Source: Chloroflexota bacterium (GTDB taxonomy: Bacteria > Chloroflexota > Limnocylindria > Limnocylindrales > CSP1-4). From it: a stretch of 33,100 bases of DNA. Of the stretch, positions 15,380 to 24,102 are shown piece after piece. The DNA is taken from positions 1 to 33,100 of the forward strand of contig JAPVSP010000427.1 of the NCBI GenBank assembly GCA_047519685.1, written 5' to 3'. The notes under the pieces are model-generated. The model did no database searches, had not been told where the DNA came from, and saw nothing but the letters and a program-made list of their open reading frames with translations. The stretch's first letter is position 1. Every line of letters begins with the position of its first letter. The translations under genes and the position numbers were made by a program.

Positions 15380-16528
15380 ATGAGCGTGTCGACCGTCGCC
15401 TCTGGGAAGCAGGCGGATCTCGCCGGTCCGGGCATCGGGGACTATGCGGAGCTCGAGAAGGTCCTGCCGACGGACTACCGGTCGATCCTCGACCCACGCC
15501 AGACCCAGGAGGCCATCTACGCGGTCAAGGGCTACATCGAGGAGCATCTCTGCCGCGAGCTCGGTCTCCAGATGGTCCAGGTCCCGCTCATCGTCGACGT
15601 CGAGTCGGGCGTCAACGACATGCTCGACCGCGACGGCTCCCGTACGCCGATCCAGTTCCACATCTCGAACGACTACGACAAGCACCCGATCGACGCCCAG
15701 GTCGTCCAGGCCGCCACGAAGTGGAAGCGCGTCGCGCTCCGGCAGTTCGGGATGGGCGTCGGCGAGGGCATCTGCACCGACATGCGCGCGGTCCGGAAGG
15801 ACTACTTCCTCGATCACGACCACAGCATCTACGTCGACCAGTGGGACTGGGAGCGGGTCATCCGGCCGGAGGACCGCGACCTGCGCTACCTCAAGGATGT
15901 CGTCCGAACGATCTGGCGGGTCCTCCGCGGCGCCGAAGCGGATGTCCAGGCGCGCTTCCCGCAGCTGCGGACGGACCGCTACCCGGACCTGCCCGAGGAG
16001 CTGGCCTTCCTGCACGCCGAGGACATCCTGGCCCGCTATCCGGACCTGCCCCGCAAGCAGCGCGAGACGCGCATCCTCCAGGAGTTCGCGGCGGTCTTCA
16101 TCATCGGGATCGGCTGGACGCTCGCCGACGGCTACCCGCACGAGATGCGGGCCGCCGACTACGACGACTGGATCACCGAGACCCGGTCCGAGGACGGTCG
16201 GCCGATGCACGGCCTCAACGGCGACATCCTCGTCTGGAACCCGGTGACGCGTCGGCGTCACGAGCTCTCATCGATGGGCATCCGGGTGGATGCGGACTCG
16301 CTCCGCAGGCAGCTCGAGATGACGGGCCAGCTCGACTGGCTCCGCCTCCCCTACCACTCCGCGATCGTGAGCGGGGAGGTGCCGCTGAGCATCGGCGGCG
16401 GCATCGGTCAATCGCGGACCCAGATGCTGCTGCTCAAGAAGGCCCACCTGGGTGAGGTCAGCGTGACCGTCTGGCCGCGGATCCTCAAGGACATGTGCGC
16501 CGCGAGGGGCATCCACGTCCTCGAGTAG
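15380..16528 (+). CDS. asnA: Aspartate--ammonia ligase (asparagine synthetase A)
   Basis: 382 aa from MSVSTVAS, with GAAGGGA RBS. Long collinear similarity to E. coli AsnA recalled from memory: SIYVDQWDWERV, RYPDL, IGIG, DYDDW, GLNGDILVWNPV, ELSSMGIRVDADSL, GGGIGQSR. Confidence 0.9.
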   Translation: MSVSTVASGKQADLAGPGIGDYAELEKVLPTDYRSILDPRQTQEAIYAVKGYIEEHLCRELGLQMVQVPLIVDVESGVNDMLDRDGSRTPIQFHISNDYDKHPIDAQVVQAATKWKRVALRQFGMGVGEGICTDMRAVRKDYFLDHDHSIYVDQWDWERVIRPEDRDLRYLKDVVRTIWRVLRGAEADVQARFPQLRTDRYPDLPEELAFLHAEDILARYPDLPRKQRETRILQEFAAVFIIGIGWTLADGYPHEMRAADYDDWITETRSEDGRPMHGLNGDILVWNPVTRRRHELSSMGIRVDADSLRRQLEMTGQLDWLRLPYHSAIVSGEVPLSIGGGIGQSRTQMLLLKKAHLGEVSVTVWPRILKDMCAARGIHVLE

Positions 16529-16547
16529 ACACGAAGGGGTCGATCGC

Positions 16548-16575
16548 CGATCTCTCGGGCGCGACCCGGAGATCG
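16548..16575. terminator. Stem-loop between convergent asnA and the SGNH hydrolase gene (bidirectional terminator candidate)
   Basis: CGATCTC(T)CGGG / loop CGCGA / CCCGGAGATCG, giving 11 bp with one bulged T. It lies between the stops at 16528 and 16616. Confidence 0.45.
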
Positions 16576-16615
16576 AGCGCATGCCGCGGGCACGCCCTGA
16601 GCCGGGCCGGAGTCG

Positions 16616-17383
16616 TCAGGATCCGTCGGCGACGACCTGGAGCGTGCGGGCCAGATCGGGCGGCAGTCCCTCGGTGTCGGAGATCCCGACCGGACTCGCG
16701 TCGAAGATCCGGGCGTAGAGGACGCACGCCGCCAGGTAGGTCCCGGCCCTGCCCGGGTGACTCCCATCCTCCTGCCAGAGCGCCGTCGTCGGATCGTGCC
16801 GGACCACGGTCTGCCATGCCTCACCCGCCCGCGCGACCGCCACGCCGAGCTCGCCGCCGAGCGCCCGGTAGCCCTCGTCGATGGCGGCCTGCATCGCCGG
16901 ATAGTCGAGCTGGTAGTCGGGCCAGCCGTCCCGGTGTGCCCAGGTCTCCAGGAGGATCGGCGTGGCGCCGGCGGCCCGGATGATGCCGACCAGCGACCGG
17001 GCCGCCGGGTACATCTGGCTCTCGCGGGCGGCCTCCAGCGCCGGGATCTGGCTCTGTTCCTGGAGCACCACGAACTGCCATCTCGAACCGCGGATGGTAC
17101 CGACCGATCCGGGCGATGTGGCGTGATCCGCGAGCGATTCGCCACCGTTGGCGACGATGCCGGTCTCGACGTTCTGGCCGCCGGCACGGGCGAGATCCCG
17201 GAAGACGGTCGGAAGGTCGTTGACATAGGTGTAGCTGTTGCCCAGGAACAGCACGCGGACGCACGGGGTGCGGACGAACGGGCTGCAGGCCGCGTCGGCC
17301 AGGCGCGTCAGGCCGAAGGCTCCCAGGCCGATCAGGGCCCCAAGGCACAGCACGAACAGGCGCCAGACGGTGCGGTTCATCAC
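16616..17383 (-). CDS. Secreted SGNH/GDSL-like hydrolase
   Basis: 255 aa. N-terminal signal/anchor MMNRTVWRLFVLCLGALIGLGAFGL. Block I-like VLFLGNSYTY. Block V-like DGSHPGRAGTYLAA. GTG at 17383 is immediately followed by ATG at 17380. No clear RBS. Confidence 0.75.
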   Translation of the reverse strand: MMNRTVWRLFVLCLGALIGLGAFGLTRLADAACSPFVRTPCVRVLFLGNSYTYVNDLPTVFRDLARAGGQNVETGIVANGGESLADHATSPGSVGTIRGSRWQFVVLQEQSQIPALEAARESQMYPAARSLVGIIRAAGATPILLETWAHRDGWPDYQLDYPAMQAAIDEGYRALGGELGVAVARAGEAWQTVVRHDPTTALWQEDGSHPGRAGTYLAACVLYARIFDASPVGISDTEGLPPDLARTLQVVADGS

Positions 17384-17540
17384 TCGAGAAGCGCCGGCGG
17401 CCGCCGTTCACCGTCAGGTGATCCGGCGCAGCCGGACGTGCCAGGCGCGCTGGTCTCCGGCTCGATCACCTGGCCAGCCTGAGGCGCCTCCGGCGGATCC
17501 CGCCATCACCTGAAAGTGCCGGATGGGTAACGGACACGAA

Positions 17541-17566
17541 GAGGCCGGCCCTCGCGGGCCGGCCTC
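17541..17566 (-). terminator. Intrinsic-terminator-like hairpin downstream of the SBP gene, at the end of the minus-strand pyrimidine operon
   Basis: GAGGCCGGCCC (17541-17551) / loop TCGC / GGGCCGGCCTC (17556-17566), a perfect 11-bp GC stem. On the minus strand it is followed by TTCGTGT. It lies 25 nt after the stop at 17591. Confidence 0.65.
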
Positions 17567-17590
17567 CTGTCCGTGGCGCCAGCGGACGGG

Positions 17591-18685
17591 TCAGTTGCCG
17601 CCCTCGTTGAGCGTGACGGTCGCCTTCGTCCAGGAAGCGCCCTTCGTGTCGGTCCCCGACGGGAGCGCGTCGAGCGCCGCCTTCGCCAGGTCGGTCTGGT
17701 ACGCACCGTCGGTCGGCTTGCTCTTCAGGACGCCGTACTTTGTCGCGATGTCCACCGTCTGGTTCCAGGCGGTCTGATCGAGCTGGCCGATGCCGTTCGG
17801 CGACGGCCAGATCAGCCCGTTGATCTCGTTCATCTGCCAGGTCTGGTGGCTCTTGCCGAGCTTCGACCCGTTCTTGATGACGATGTCGACGCAGGCGGCG
17901 GCGTTGTCGCGGCAGTAGATCCAGCCGCGGTAGCTCGCCTTGATGAACTTCGTGGCGATGTCCTTGTTGGTGCCCGTGGACAGCCACTTCGCCGAGGCGA
18001 AGATCATGTCCTGGAGCATCCCGGTGCCGACATCGTTGAGGTTGATGACGTTGAGGTCGGACGGCTGGTACAGATTGCCCGTCGTCGGGTTCTTCGCCTC
18101 GAGGACCTGCGCGTACTCGTTGTAGATCATGGCCTGGGCCGCATCGAGGTCGCCCGACAGCAGCCCGGACATGTCGAAGTTCTGCTTGATGACGCTGACG
18201 TCCTTCGTCGGGTCGAGGCCGACCTTGGCCATCGCCGCGAACACCTCGGGCTCATTGCCGAGCAGCCAGCTGCCGACCTTCTTGCCCTTCCAGTCCTCGG
18301 GCTTGGTGATGTTCTTGCCCTTGAAGGACACCTCCAGCGTGCCGGAGCGCTGGAAGATCTGGGCGATGTCCACGAGGTCCGTGCCGCCCTCGCGGGAGGC
18401 GAGCATCTTGGGGACCCAGGTGGTCCCGATGTCGGCGCCACCCGATGCCACGACGCTCATCGGGTTGATGTCCGGGCCACCGAGGAGGATCTTGACGTCG
18501 AGACCCTCGTCCTTGAAGTAGCCCTGATCCAGCGCGGCGTAGTAGCCCGCGAACTGCGCCTGGGCGACCCACTGGAGCTGGAACTTGACCGTGGTCAGCG
18601 TCCCACTCCCCCCGCTCGAGCTGCAGGCCCCAACCAGCAGCGCGGCGCCGGTGGCCAGCGCGATCGCCGACCGAGGCATCTTCAT
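17591..18685 (-). CDS. ABC transporter substrate-binding lipoprotein, NMT1/THI5/ThiY-like (NitT/TauT family)
   Basis: 364 aa from MKMPRSAIALATGAALLVGAC (lipobox). Very strong RBS GGAGGAGGAGGAG. Mature part FQLQWVAQAQFAGYYAALDQGYFKDEGLDV is typical of the NMT1/SsuA-like fold. The track ORF to 18913 is an over-extension. Confidence 0.85.
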   Translation of the reverse strand: MKMPRSAIALATGAALLVGACSSSGGSGTLTTVKFQLQWVAQAQFAGYYAALDQGYFKDEGLDVKILLGGPDINPMSVVASGGADIGTTWVPKMLASREGGTDLVDIAQIFQRSGTLEVSFKGKNITKPEDWKGKKVGSWLLGNEPEVFAAMAKVGLDPTKDVSVIKQNFDMSGLLSGDLDAAQAMIYNEYAQVLEAKNPTTGNLYQPSDLNVINLNDVGTGMLQDMIFASAKWLSTGTNKDIATKFIKASYRGWIYCRDNAAACVDIVIKNGSKLGKSHQTWQMNEINGLIWPSPNGIGQLDQTAWNQTVDIATKYGVLKSKPTDGAYQTDLAKAALDALPSGTDTKGASWTKATVTLNEGGN

Positions 18686-18804
18686 GAGCGCTCCTCCTCC
18701 TCCTCGTGCCCCAACGGACCGGGATAGCGTCGGATGATAGCGGCCCGGGACGCTGCCCGAAGCCCGCAGCCGCCGTCCGCGGGCGAACCGGCCGCCGTCC
18801 GGGC

Positions 18805-19638
18805 TCAGGCGGAGCGAGCCGAGGCGTGCCAGGGGATGGCGATCCGCTCCGCTCCCAGGACGAGCAGGTACAGGCCGACACCGAGGGCACAGGCCATGAG
18901 GATGCCCGCCCAAGCGTTGGGGTAGCGGAAGAGGCCGGCCTCCTGGGTGATGTAGATCCCGAGGGCCTTGCGCGGACCGCCGAAGTACTCCCCGACGACG
19001 GCACCGATGACCGCCAGGGTGGCCGACACCTTCAGACCGGTGAACAGGAAGGGCAGCGCGTTCGGGATCCGGACCTTCACGAGGATCTCGCCATCGCTCG
19101 CGGCGTACGAGCGCATGAGCTCCAGGGCCGAGGCATCGACGGTCGTCAGCCCACGCACGACGTTGATCATCATCGGGAAGAAGACCATGAGCGCGACGAT
19201 GGTCATCCGGGCGAACGGGCTCTCCGAGCTGAACCAGTTGTCCGTGATCGGCGCGAACGCGATGATCGGGATGGAGTTCGCGGCCGCGGCGATCGGCATG
19301 AGGGACTCACGCGCTGACGCCCAGCGCGAGGTCGCGAACGCGACGCCGATGCCCAGGATCGAGCCGATGATGAGGCCTCCGATGGCCTCGATGCCCGTGA
19401 AGACGACCCCGTCGCCGAGGCTCGGCCACTGGTCGACGAGCGCCGCCACGATGACCGAGGGCCGCGGCAGCAGGAACGTCTGGACCCCCAGGACGGCGAG
19501 CGTCAGCTCCCAGGCGACGATGACCGCGAGGAACACGGCGATCGCCGGGAGCGCATCGAGCGCGCGCGCCCGGGCCCGGAGCGCGAGGTCGATCGGCGAG
19601 TTCCGGCGAGCCGGGCCGGCGACCGTCCGCACGGTCAC
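18805..19638 (-). CDS. ABC transporter permease (NitT/TauT family), second permease gene
   Basis: 277 aa from GTG 19638, which overlaps the ATPase stop as GTGA. TM-rich. EAA region ELMRSYAASDGEILVKVRIPNALPFL. Confidence 0.85.
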   Translation of the reverse strand: MTVRTVAGPARRNSPIDLALRARARALDALPAIAVFLAVIVAWELTLAVLGVQTFLLPRPSVIVAALVDQWPSLGDGVVFTGIEAIGGLIIGSILGIGVAFATSRWASARESLMPIAAAANSIPIIAFAPITDNWFSSESPFARMTIVALMVFFPMMINVVRGLTTVDASALELMRSYAASDGEILVKVRIPNALPFLFTGLKVSATLAVIGAVVGEYFGGPRKALGIYITQEAGLFRYPNAWAGILMACALGVGLYLLVLGAERIAIPWHASARSA

Positions 19639-20528
19639 GAGAGGCCCTCCGCCAGGACCCTGGCGGCCGCGTCTGCCTCCGACCCGTCCGGCTCGTACCG
19701 TCGGAGCGCCTCGCGGACCTCGGTGACGAGCTCGAAGTAGCGCTCGGTCTCTCGCGTCTCGGCCGTTCGTGGCTGGGGCAGGTCGACCTCGACGATCCGC
19801 GAGACGCGACCGGGCCGGGCCGACATGACGACGACGCGCGTCGAGAGGAAGACGGCCTCCGGGATCGAGTGGGTGACGAACACCACGGTCACCTCGGTCT
19901 CGTTCCAGATCCGCATGACCTCGAGGTTCAGGCGCTCGCGGGTCATCTCGTCGAGGGCACCGAACGGCTCGTCCATGAGGATGAGCTTGGGGTCGAACGC
20001 GAGGGCCCGGGCGATGGCGACCCGCTGCTGCATGCCGCCGGACAGCTGCCAGGGGTAGCGCATCCCGAACTCGGGCAGCTCGACGAGCGAGAGCAGCCGC
20101 CGGGCGCGCTCGCGGCGCTCCTCCCTCGAGTAGCCCATGACCTCGAGCGGCAGCTCGACGTTGCGCTCCACCGTCCGCCAGTCCATCAGGACCGGCGCCT
20201 GGAAGACCATCCCGTAGTCGCGATCGCGCCGAGCCTGGGGCGCCGCCTTGCCGTTGACCCGGACCGTCCCGGTCGTCGGCTGGATGAGGTCGCCGATGAG
20301 TCGCAGGAGCGTCGACTTCCCGCACCCGGACGGACCGATGAGCGAGACGAACTCGCCGGCGCGGATGGTCAGGTCGATGCCGTCGATCGCCGTGACGGAC
20401 CCGGCGGCGGCCCCGAACGTCTTGGTCACACCGCCGATCTCGACGACCGGTCGGTTGGCGGCGAGGCCGGCCGGCCGCTCCCCGAGGGCGTTCCGCTGCG
20501 GGTCGGACCCAGGTCGCGTCTCGGTCAT
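19635..20528 (-). CDS. ABC transporter ATP-binding protein (NitT/TauT family)
   Basis: 297 aa from MTETRPG. Walker [10 protein letters not shown], signature [15 protein letters not shown], Walker [14 protein letters not shown]-loop FVTHS. Confidence 0.9.
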   Translation of the reverse strand: MTETRPGSDPQRNALGERPAGLAANRPVVEIGGVTKTFGAAAGSVTAIDGIDLTIRAGEFVSLIGPSGCGKSTLLRLIGDLIQPTTGTVRVNGKAAPQARRDRDYGMVFQAPVLMDWRTVERNVELPLEVMGYSREERRERARRLLSLVELPEFGMRYPWQLSGGMQQRVAIARALAFDPKLILMDEPFGALDEMTRERLNLEVMRIWNETEVTVVFVTHSIPEAVFLSTRVVVMSARPGRVSRIVEVDLPQPRTAETRETERYFELVTEVREALRRYEPDGSEADAAARVLAEGLS

Positions 20529-20550
20529 GATCTCCGTCCTCGGGGGTGGA

Positions 20551-21483
20551 TCAGCCAACGGGCCGGTACCGGCCACGCATGAACAGTCGCTCGGCGAGGG
20601 CGACCAGACCGACGAACACCAGGCCGAGCGCGGCGGCCACGAAGATCGTCGCCCAGAGGTCGTACGGCGCCGAGGTGTAGTACTGGTTGTAGTTGAGGAT
20701 GGAGCCACCGAGCCCGTACGGGATCCCGGAGGGCAGCTCCCCGATGATCGCGCCGATGACGCTCGCCGAGGCCGAGATCCGGAGCGCCGGGAAGAGGTAC
20801 GGCACGGCCGTGGGCAGCCGCAGCTTCCAGAGGATCTCGCGCGGGGTCGCGGCGTACGAGCGCATGAGCTCGAACGCGCGCGGGTCGGCGGCTCGGAGGC
20901 CGCGCAGCATCGCGATCGTCACCGGGAAGAACGTCAGGTAGGTCGTGACGACGGCGACCGATGTCCAGCCCGCTCCGAGGAAGACGACGATGAGCGGGGC
21001 GAGCGCGATGATCGGCACCGTCTGCGAGGCGACGACCCAGGGCACGAACGAGCGCTCGAGCAACCGCGAGTGGACGAAGATCACGCTGAGGACGAGCCCC
21101 AGCATGGCCCCGATGAGGAACCCGACGAAGGCCTCCTGGAAGGTGAAGAGCGCCGCGCCGACGAGATCGGCGGCGAGCGACGTCCCCTGCGCCGTGTGCT
21201 GGAGATAGGCGTTGGCGATATCCCAGACGTGCGGGAGCGACAGGTCGTTGGCGATCCGCAGCGTGAACGGCGGTACGTGCTCGTAGTCGATCCGGAGCCC
21301 AAGCACCGTGCCATGGATCCGCCAGGGATCGCCGGCCAGCCACTTGAGGCCTTCCCAGACGACGAGCAGGGCGGCCACGATGACGACGATCCCGAGGCGG
21401 CGCCGGACGGGGGTCGTGCCGCCGCCCGGAAGCCCCTCGATGGTCGGCCGGGCTCGCCGGAGCGGGCGGCTGGCCGAGACCAC
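20551..21483 (-). CDS. ABC transporter permease (NitT/TauT family), first permease gene
   Basis: 310 aa from GTG 21483, which is 5 nt after the upstream TAG at 21489-21491. TM-rich. EAA region ELMRSYAATPREILWKLRLPTAVPYL is paralogous to the second permease. Confidence 0.8.
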   Translation of the reverse strand: MVSASRPLRRARPTIEGLPGGGTTPVRRRLGIVVIVAALLVVWEGLKWLAGDPWRIHGTVLGLRIDYEHVPPFTLRIANDLSLPHVWDIANAYLQHTAQGTSLAADLVGAALFTFQEAFVGFLIGAMLGLVLSVIFVHSRLLERSFVPWVVASQTVPIIALAPLIVVFLGAGWTSVAVVTTYLTFFPVTIAMLRGLRAADPRAFELMRSYAATPREILWKLRLPTAVPYLFPALRISASASVIGAIIGELPSGIPYGLGGSILNYNQYYTSAPYDLWATIFVAAALGLVFVGLVALAERLFMRGRYRPVG

Positions 21484-21488
21484 GCGCG

Positions 21489-22826
21489 CTAGGCCCCGAT
21501 GGCCCGGTCGACGAGATCGAGCCCGCGATCGATGACCTCGAAGCCCTCGGCCAGCTGCTCCTCGGTGATGCACAGCGGCGGGTTGGTGTGGATCGAGTTG
21601 TTGGCGATCATCGTGTACAGGCCGTTCTCGCGGAGGAACCGGCCGATGGCCTTCATCTCGTCGCTCGTGCCGTTGAACGGGGTCAGCGGGGTGAACGGGT
21701 CGCGGCTTCGGACGAGGTCCAGGATGCCGAACAGGCCCAGGCTCCGGTGCGCACCGACCGAGGGATGCCTCCGGTAGAGCCGCTCGTGGTGCTCTCGCAT
21801 GACCGGCCCGAGCCGCGCGGCATGCTCGATGAGGCCGTCCTCCTCGTAGACGCGGATCGTCGCGAGCGCGGCGGCCAGGCTGACGGGGTGGCTGCTGTAG
21901 GTCAGGCCGCCATAGAACATCATCGACTCGAACTTCTCGGCGATGTGGTGGCGCATCGCCACGGCGCCCAGCGGCAGGTACGAGCTGGTCAGGCCCTTCG
22001 CCATGGTCATGAGGTCCGGGACGACCCCCCAGTTGTCCACGGCGAACCAGCGGCCGGTCCGGCCGAAGCCGGCCATGACCTCGTCGCAGACCATCAGGAT
22101 GCCGTTCCGGTCGCAGATCTCTCGAACGCCCTGCAGGTAGCCGTCGGGCGGGATGAGGATCCCGTTCGTGCCGACGATCGTCTCCAGGAAGACCGCGGCG
22201 ATCGTGTGAGCGCCCTCGTAGCGGATGACGTCCTCGAGTCCCTGCAGCGACTCCGCGACCGGGCGGGGCTCCTTCTCGCCCCAGCGGTGGGTGTCCGGGT
22301 AGCGCACGACGCCGACGAGCCCGGGCTCGTTGGCCCAGCGGCGGGGGTCGCCGGTCAGCGTCATCGCGCCCATCGTCGCCCCGTGGTACGAGCGGTAGCG
22401 GGCGAGGACCTTGTAGCGGCCGGTGTAGTGGCGCGCCAGCTTGATCGCGTTCTCGACCGCCTCGGCCCCGCCGAGCGTGAAGAAGACCTTGTCGAGGTCG
22501 CCCGGCATGATCTCGGCCAGCTTCGCGCCGAGCCGTGCCCGAACCTCGGTCGTGAAGGCCGGCTGGACGAACTCGAGCTTGAGCGCCTGCTCGGTGATCG
22601 CGTCGATGACCCGTCGGTCACCGTGGCCGATGTTCACCGACATCAGCTGCGCGTTGAAATCGAGGATCCGCTTGCCTTCGGGCGTGTACAGGTAGACGCC
22701 CTCGGCGCGATCGATCGCGATCGGGTCGAGCGCGCCCTGGACCGACCACGAGAAGAGCGTGTGGGCGCGGCTGAGCGCGACGATCTCCTCGCTGGTCATC
22801 GCCTCGCTGGCGGTGCTGATACCCAT
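21489..22826 (-). CDS. Class-III (omega-amino acid) PLP aminotransferase; beta-alanine / beta-aminoisobutyrate transaminase candidate
   Basis: About 445 aa. FTLGGAEAVENAIKLAR, CDEVMAGFGRTG, PLP-lysine context LMTMAKGLTSSY. Start ambiguous: ATG 22826 is preferred (purine-rich GAGAGAGGTGGAG upstream); GTG 22835 is possible. Confidence 0.9.
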   Translation of the reverse strand: MGISTASEAMTSEEIVALSRAHTLFSWSVQGALDPIAIDRAEGVYLYTPEGKRILDFNAQLMSVNIGHGDRRVIDAITEQALKLEFVQPAFTTEVRARLGAKLAEIMPGDLDKVFFTLGGAEAVENAIKLARHYTGRYKVLARYRSYHGATMGAMTLTGDPRRWANEPGLVGVVRYPDTHRWGEKEPRPVAESLQGLEDVIRYEGAHTIAAVFLETIVGTNGILIPPDGYLQGVREICDRNGILMVCDEVMAGFGRTGRWFAVDNWGVVPDLMTMAKGLTSSYLPLGAVAMRHHIAEKFESMMFYGGLTYSSHPVSLAAALATIRVYEEDGLIEHAARLGPVMREHHERLYRRHPSVGAHRSLGLFGILDLVRSRDPFTPLTPFNGTSDEMKAIGRFLRENGLYTMIANNSIHTNPPLCITEEQLAEGFEVIDRGLDLVDRAIGA

Positions 22827-23175
22827 CGACTCCACCTCTCTCGGCCGGGCTGGGCGGCATCCGAACGGTGAGCCCGGGGCCGGTCGGAGGCTGGCGCTCA
22901 GGGGCCGGAGCCGGAGCTCGCGGGGCGGCGGGGCCGCCGCGATAGGTCCGCATTACAGCACATCGCGACCCGCCTGACGCGCTCAGTGCCGCTCGGGTCG
23001 TCCGCCAGCGCGACGCCTCTCGCGCGATGCGAGCCGGGGTCCGAGTCGCCTCCCGCGGTGTAGACTCCCTCGATCATGCGACCCGCGTGGCGGACCGGTC
23101 GGGCGCGGCCCCGCTCGCGGGGCCCATGGCCTCGGCTGCCAGCCGCCCGAAGGCTCCTTCCTGGAGGTGACACGA

Positions 23176-24024
23176 ATGCCCCGTATCGTCCGAGGCGCCC
23201 TCCTGCAGGCCACCTGGACCGGCGACAAGGAGTCGATGATCCAGAAGCACGAGGGATACGCTCACGAGGCGGCCAAGCAGGGCGCCCAGGTGATGCTCTT
23301 CCAGGAGCTCTTCTACGGTCCCTACTTCTGCCAGGTCCAGGACGCGTCCTACTACTCGTACACGGAGCACATCCCCGACGGCCCCACGACCAGGCGGATG
23401 CAGGATCTCGCGAAGCAGACCGGGATGGTCCTCGTCGTGCCGATCTACGAGGAGGACGAGCGCGCGTCCGGGATCTACTACAACACCGCGGCGGTCATCG
23501 ACGCCGACGGGTCGTACCTCGGCAAGTACCGCAAGACGCACATCCCGCACGTCAAGGGGTTCTGGGAGAAGTTCTACTTCCGTCCGGGGAACCTCGGGTA
23601 CCCGGTCTTCCAGACCGCGGTCGGCCGCGTCGGCGTCTACATCTGCTACGACCGCCACTTCCCCGAGGGCGCGCGGGCCCTCGGCCTCAACGGCGCCGAG
23701 ATGGTCTTCATCCCGAGCGCGACGAGCCGCGGCCTCTCGGAGTACATCTGGCGGATCGAGCAGGTCAGCCACGCGGTGGCCAACGGCTACTTCGTCGGGA
23801 CGATCAACCGGGTCGGCATCGAGCCGCTCGGCGAGGACGACTTCTACGGACAGAGCTACTTCTGCGATCCTCGCGGGCAGTTCATCGGCGCCGTCGGGAG
23901 CCCCTACGACGAGGAGCTGCTGGTTCGCGACATGGACCTCGATCTCATCTCCGAGGTCCGCCAGACCTGGCAGTTCTTCCGCGACCGGCGGCCAGACGCC
24001 TACGACGACCTCGTCGCCCCGTAG
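23176..24024 (+). CDS. Carbon-nitrogen hydrolase (nitrilase superfamily), beta-ureidopropionase / N-carbamoyl-beta-alanine amidohydrolase type
   Basis: 282 aa from ATG 23176 (RBS GGAGG 8 nt upstream). Catalytic E-K-C triad contexts MLFQELF, GKYRKTHIP, VYICYDRHFPE. Confidence 0.85.
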   Translation: MPRIVRGALLQATWTGDKESMIQKHEGYAHEAAKQGAQVMLFQELFYGPYFCQVQDASYYSYTEHIPDGPTTRRMQDLAKQTGMVLVVPIYEEDERASGIYYNTAAVIDADGSYLGKYRKTHIPHVKGFWEKFYFRPGNLGYPVFQTAVGRVGVYICYDRHFPEGARALGLNGAEMVFIPSATSRGLSEYIWRIEQVSHAVANGYFVGTINRVGIEPLGEDDFYGQSYFCDPRGQFIGAVGSPYDEELLVRDMDLDLISEVRQTWQFFRDRRPDAYDDLVAP

Positions 24025-24102
24025 CCTCCCCCGCGCGGGCCGGCCGCCGGAGGAGGGCGGCCGGCCCATCCGTTGCCCGACCCGATCCACCGGAGCTCGC
24101 GG

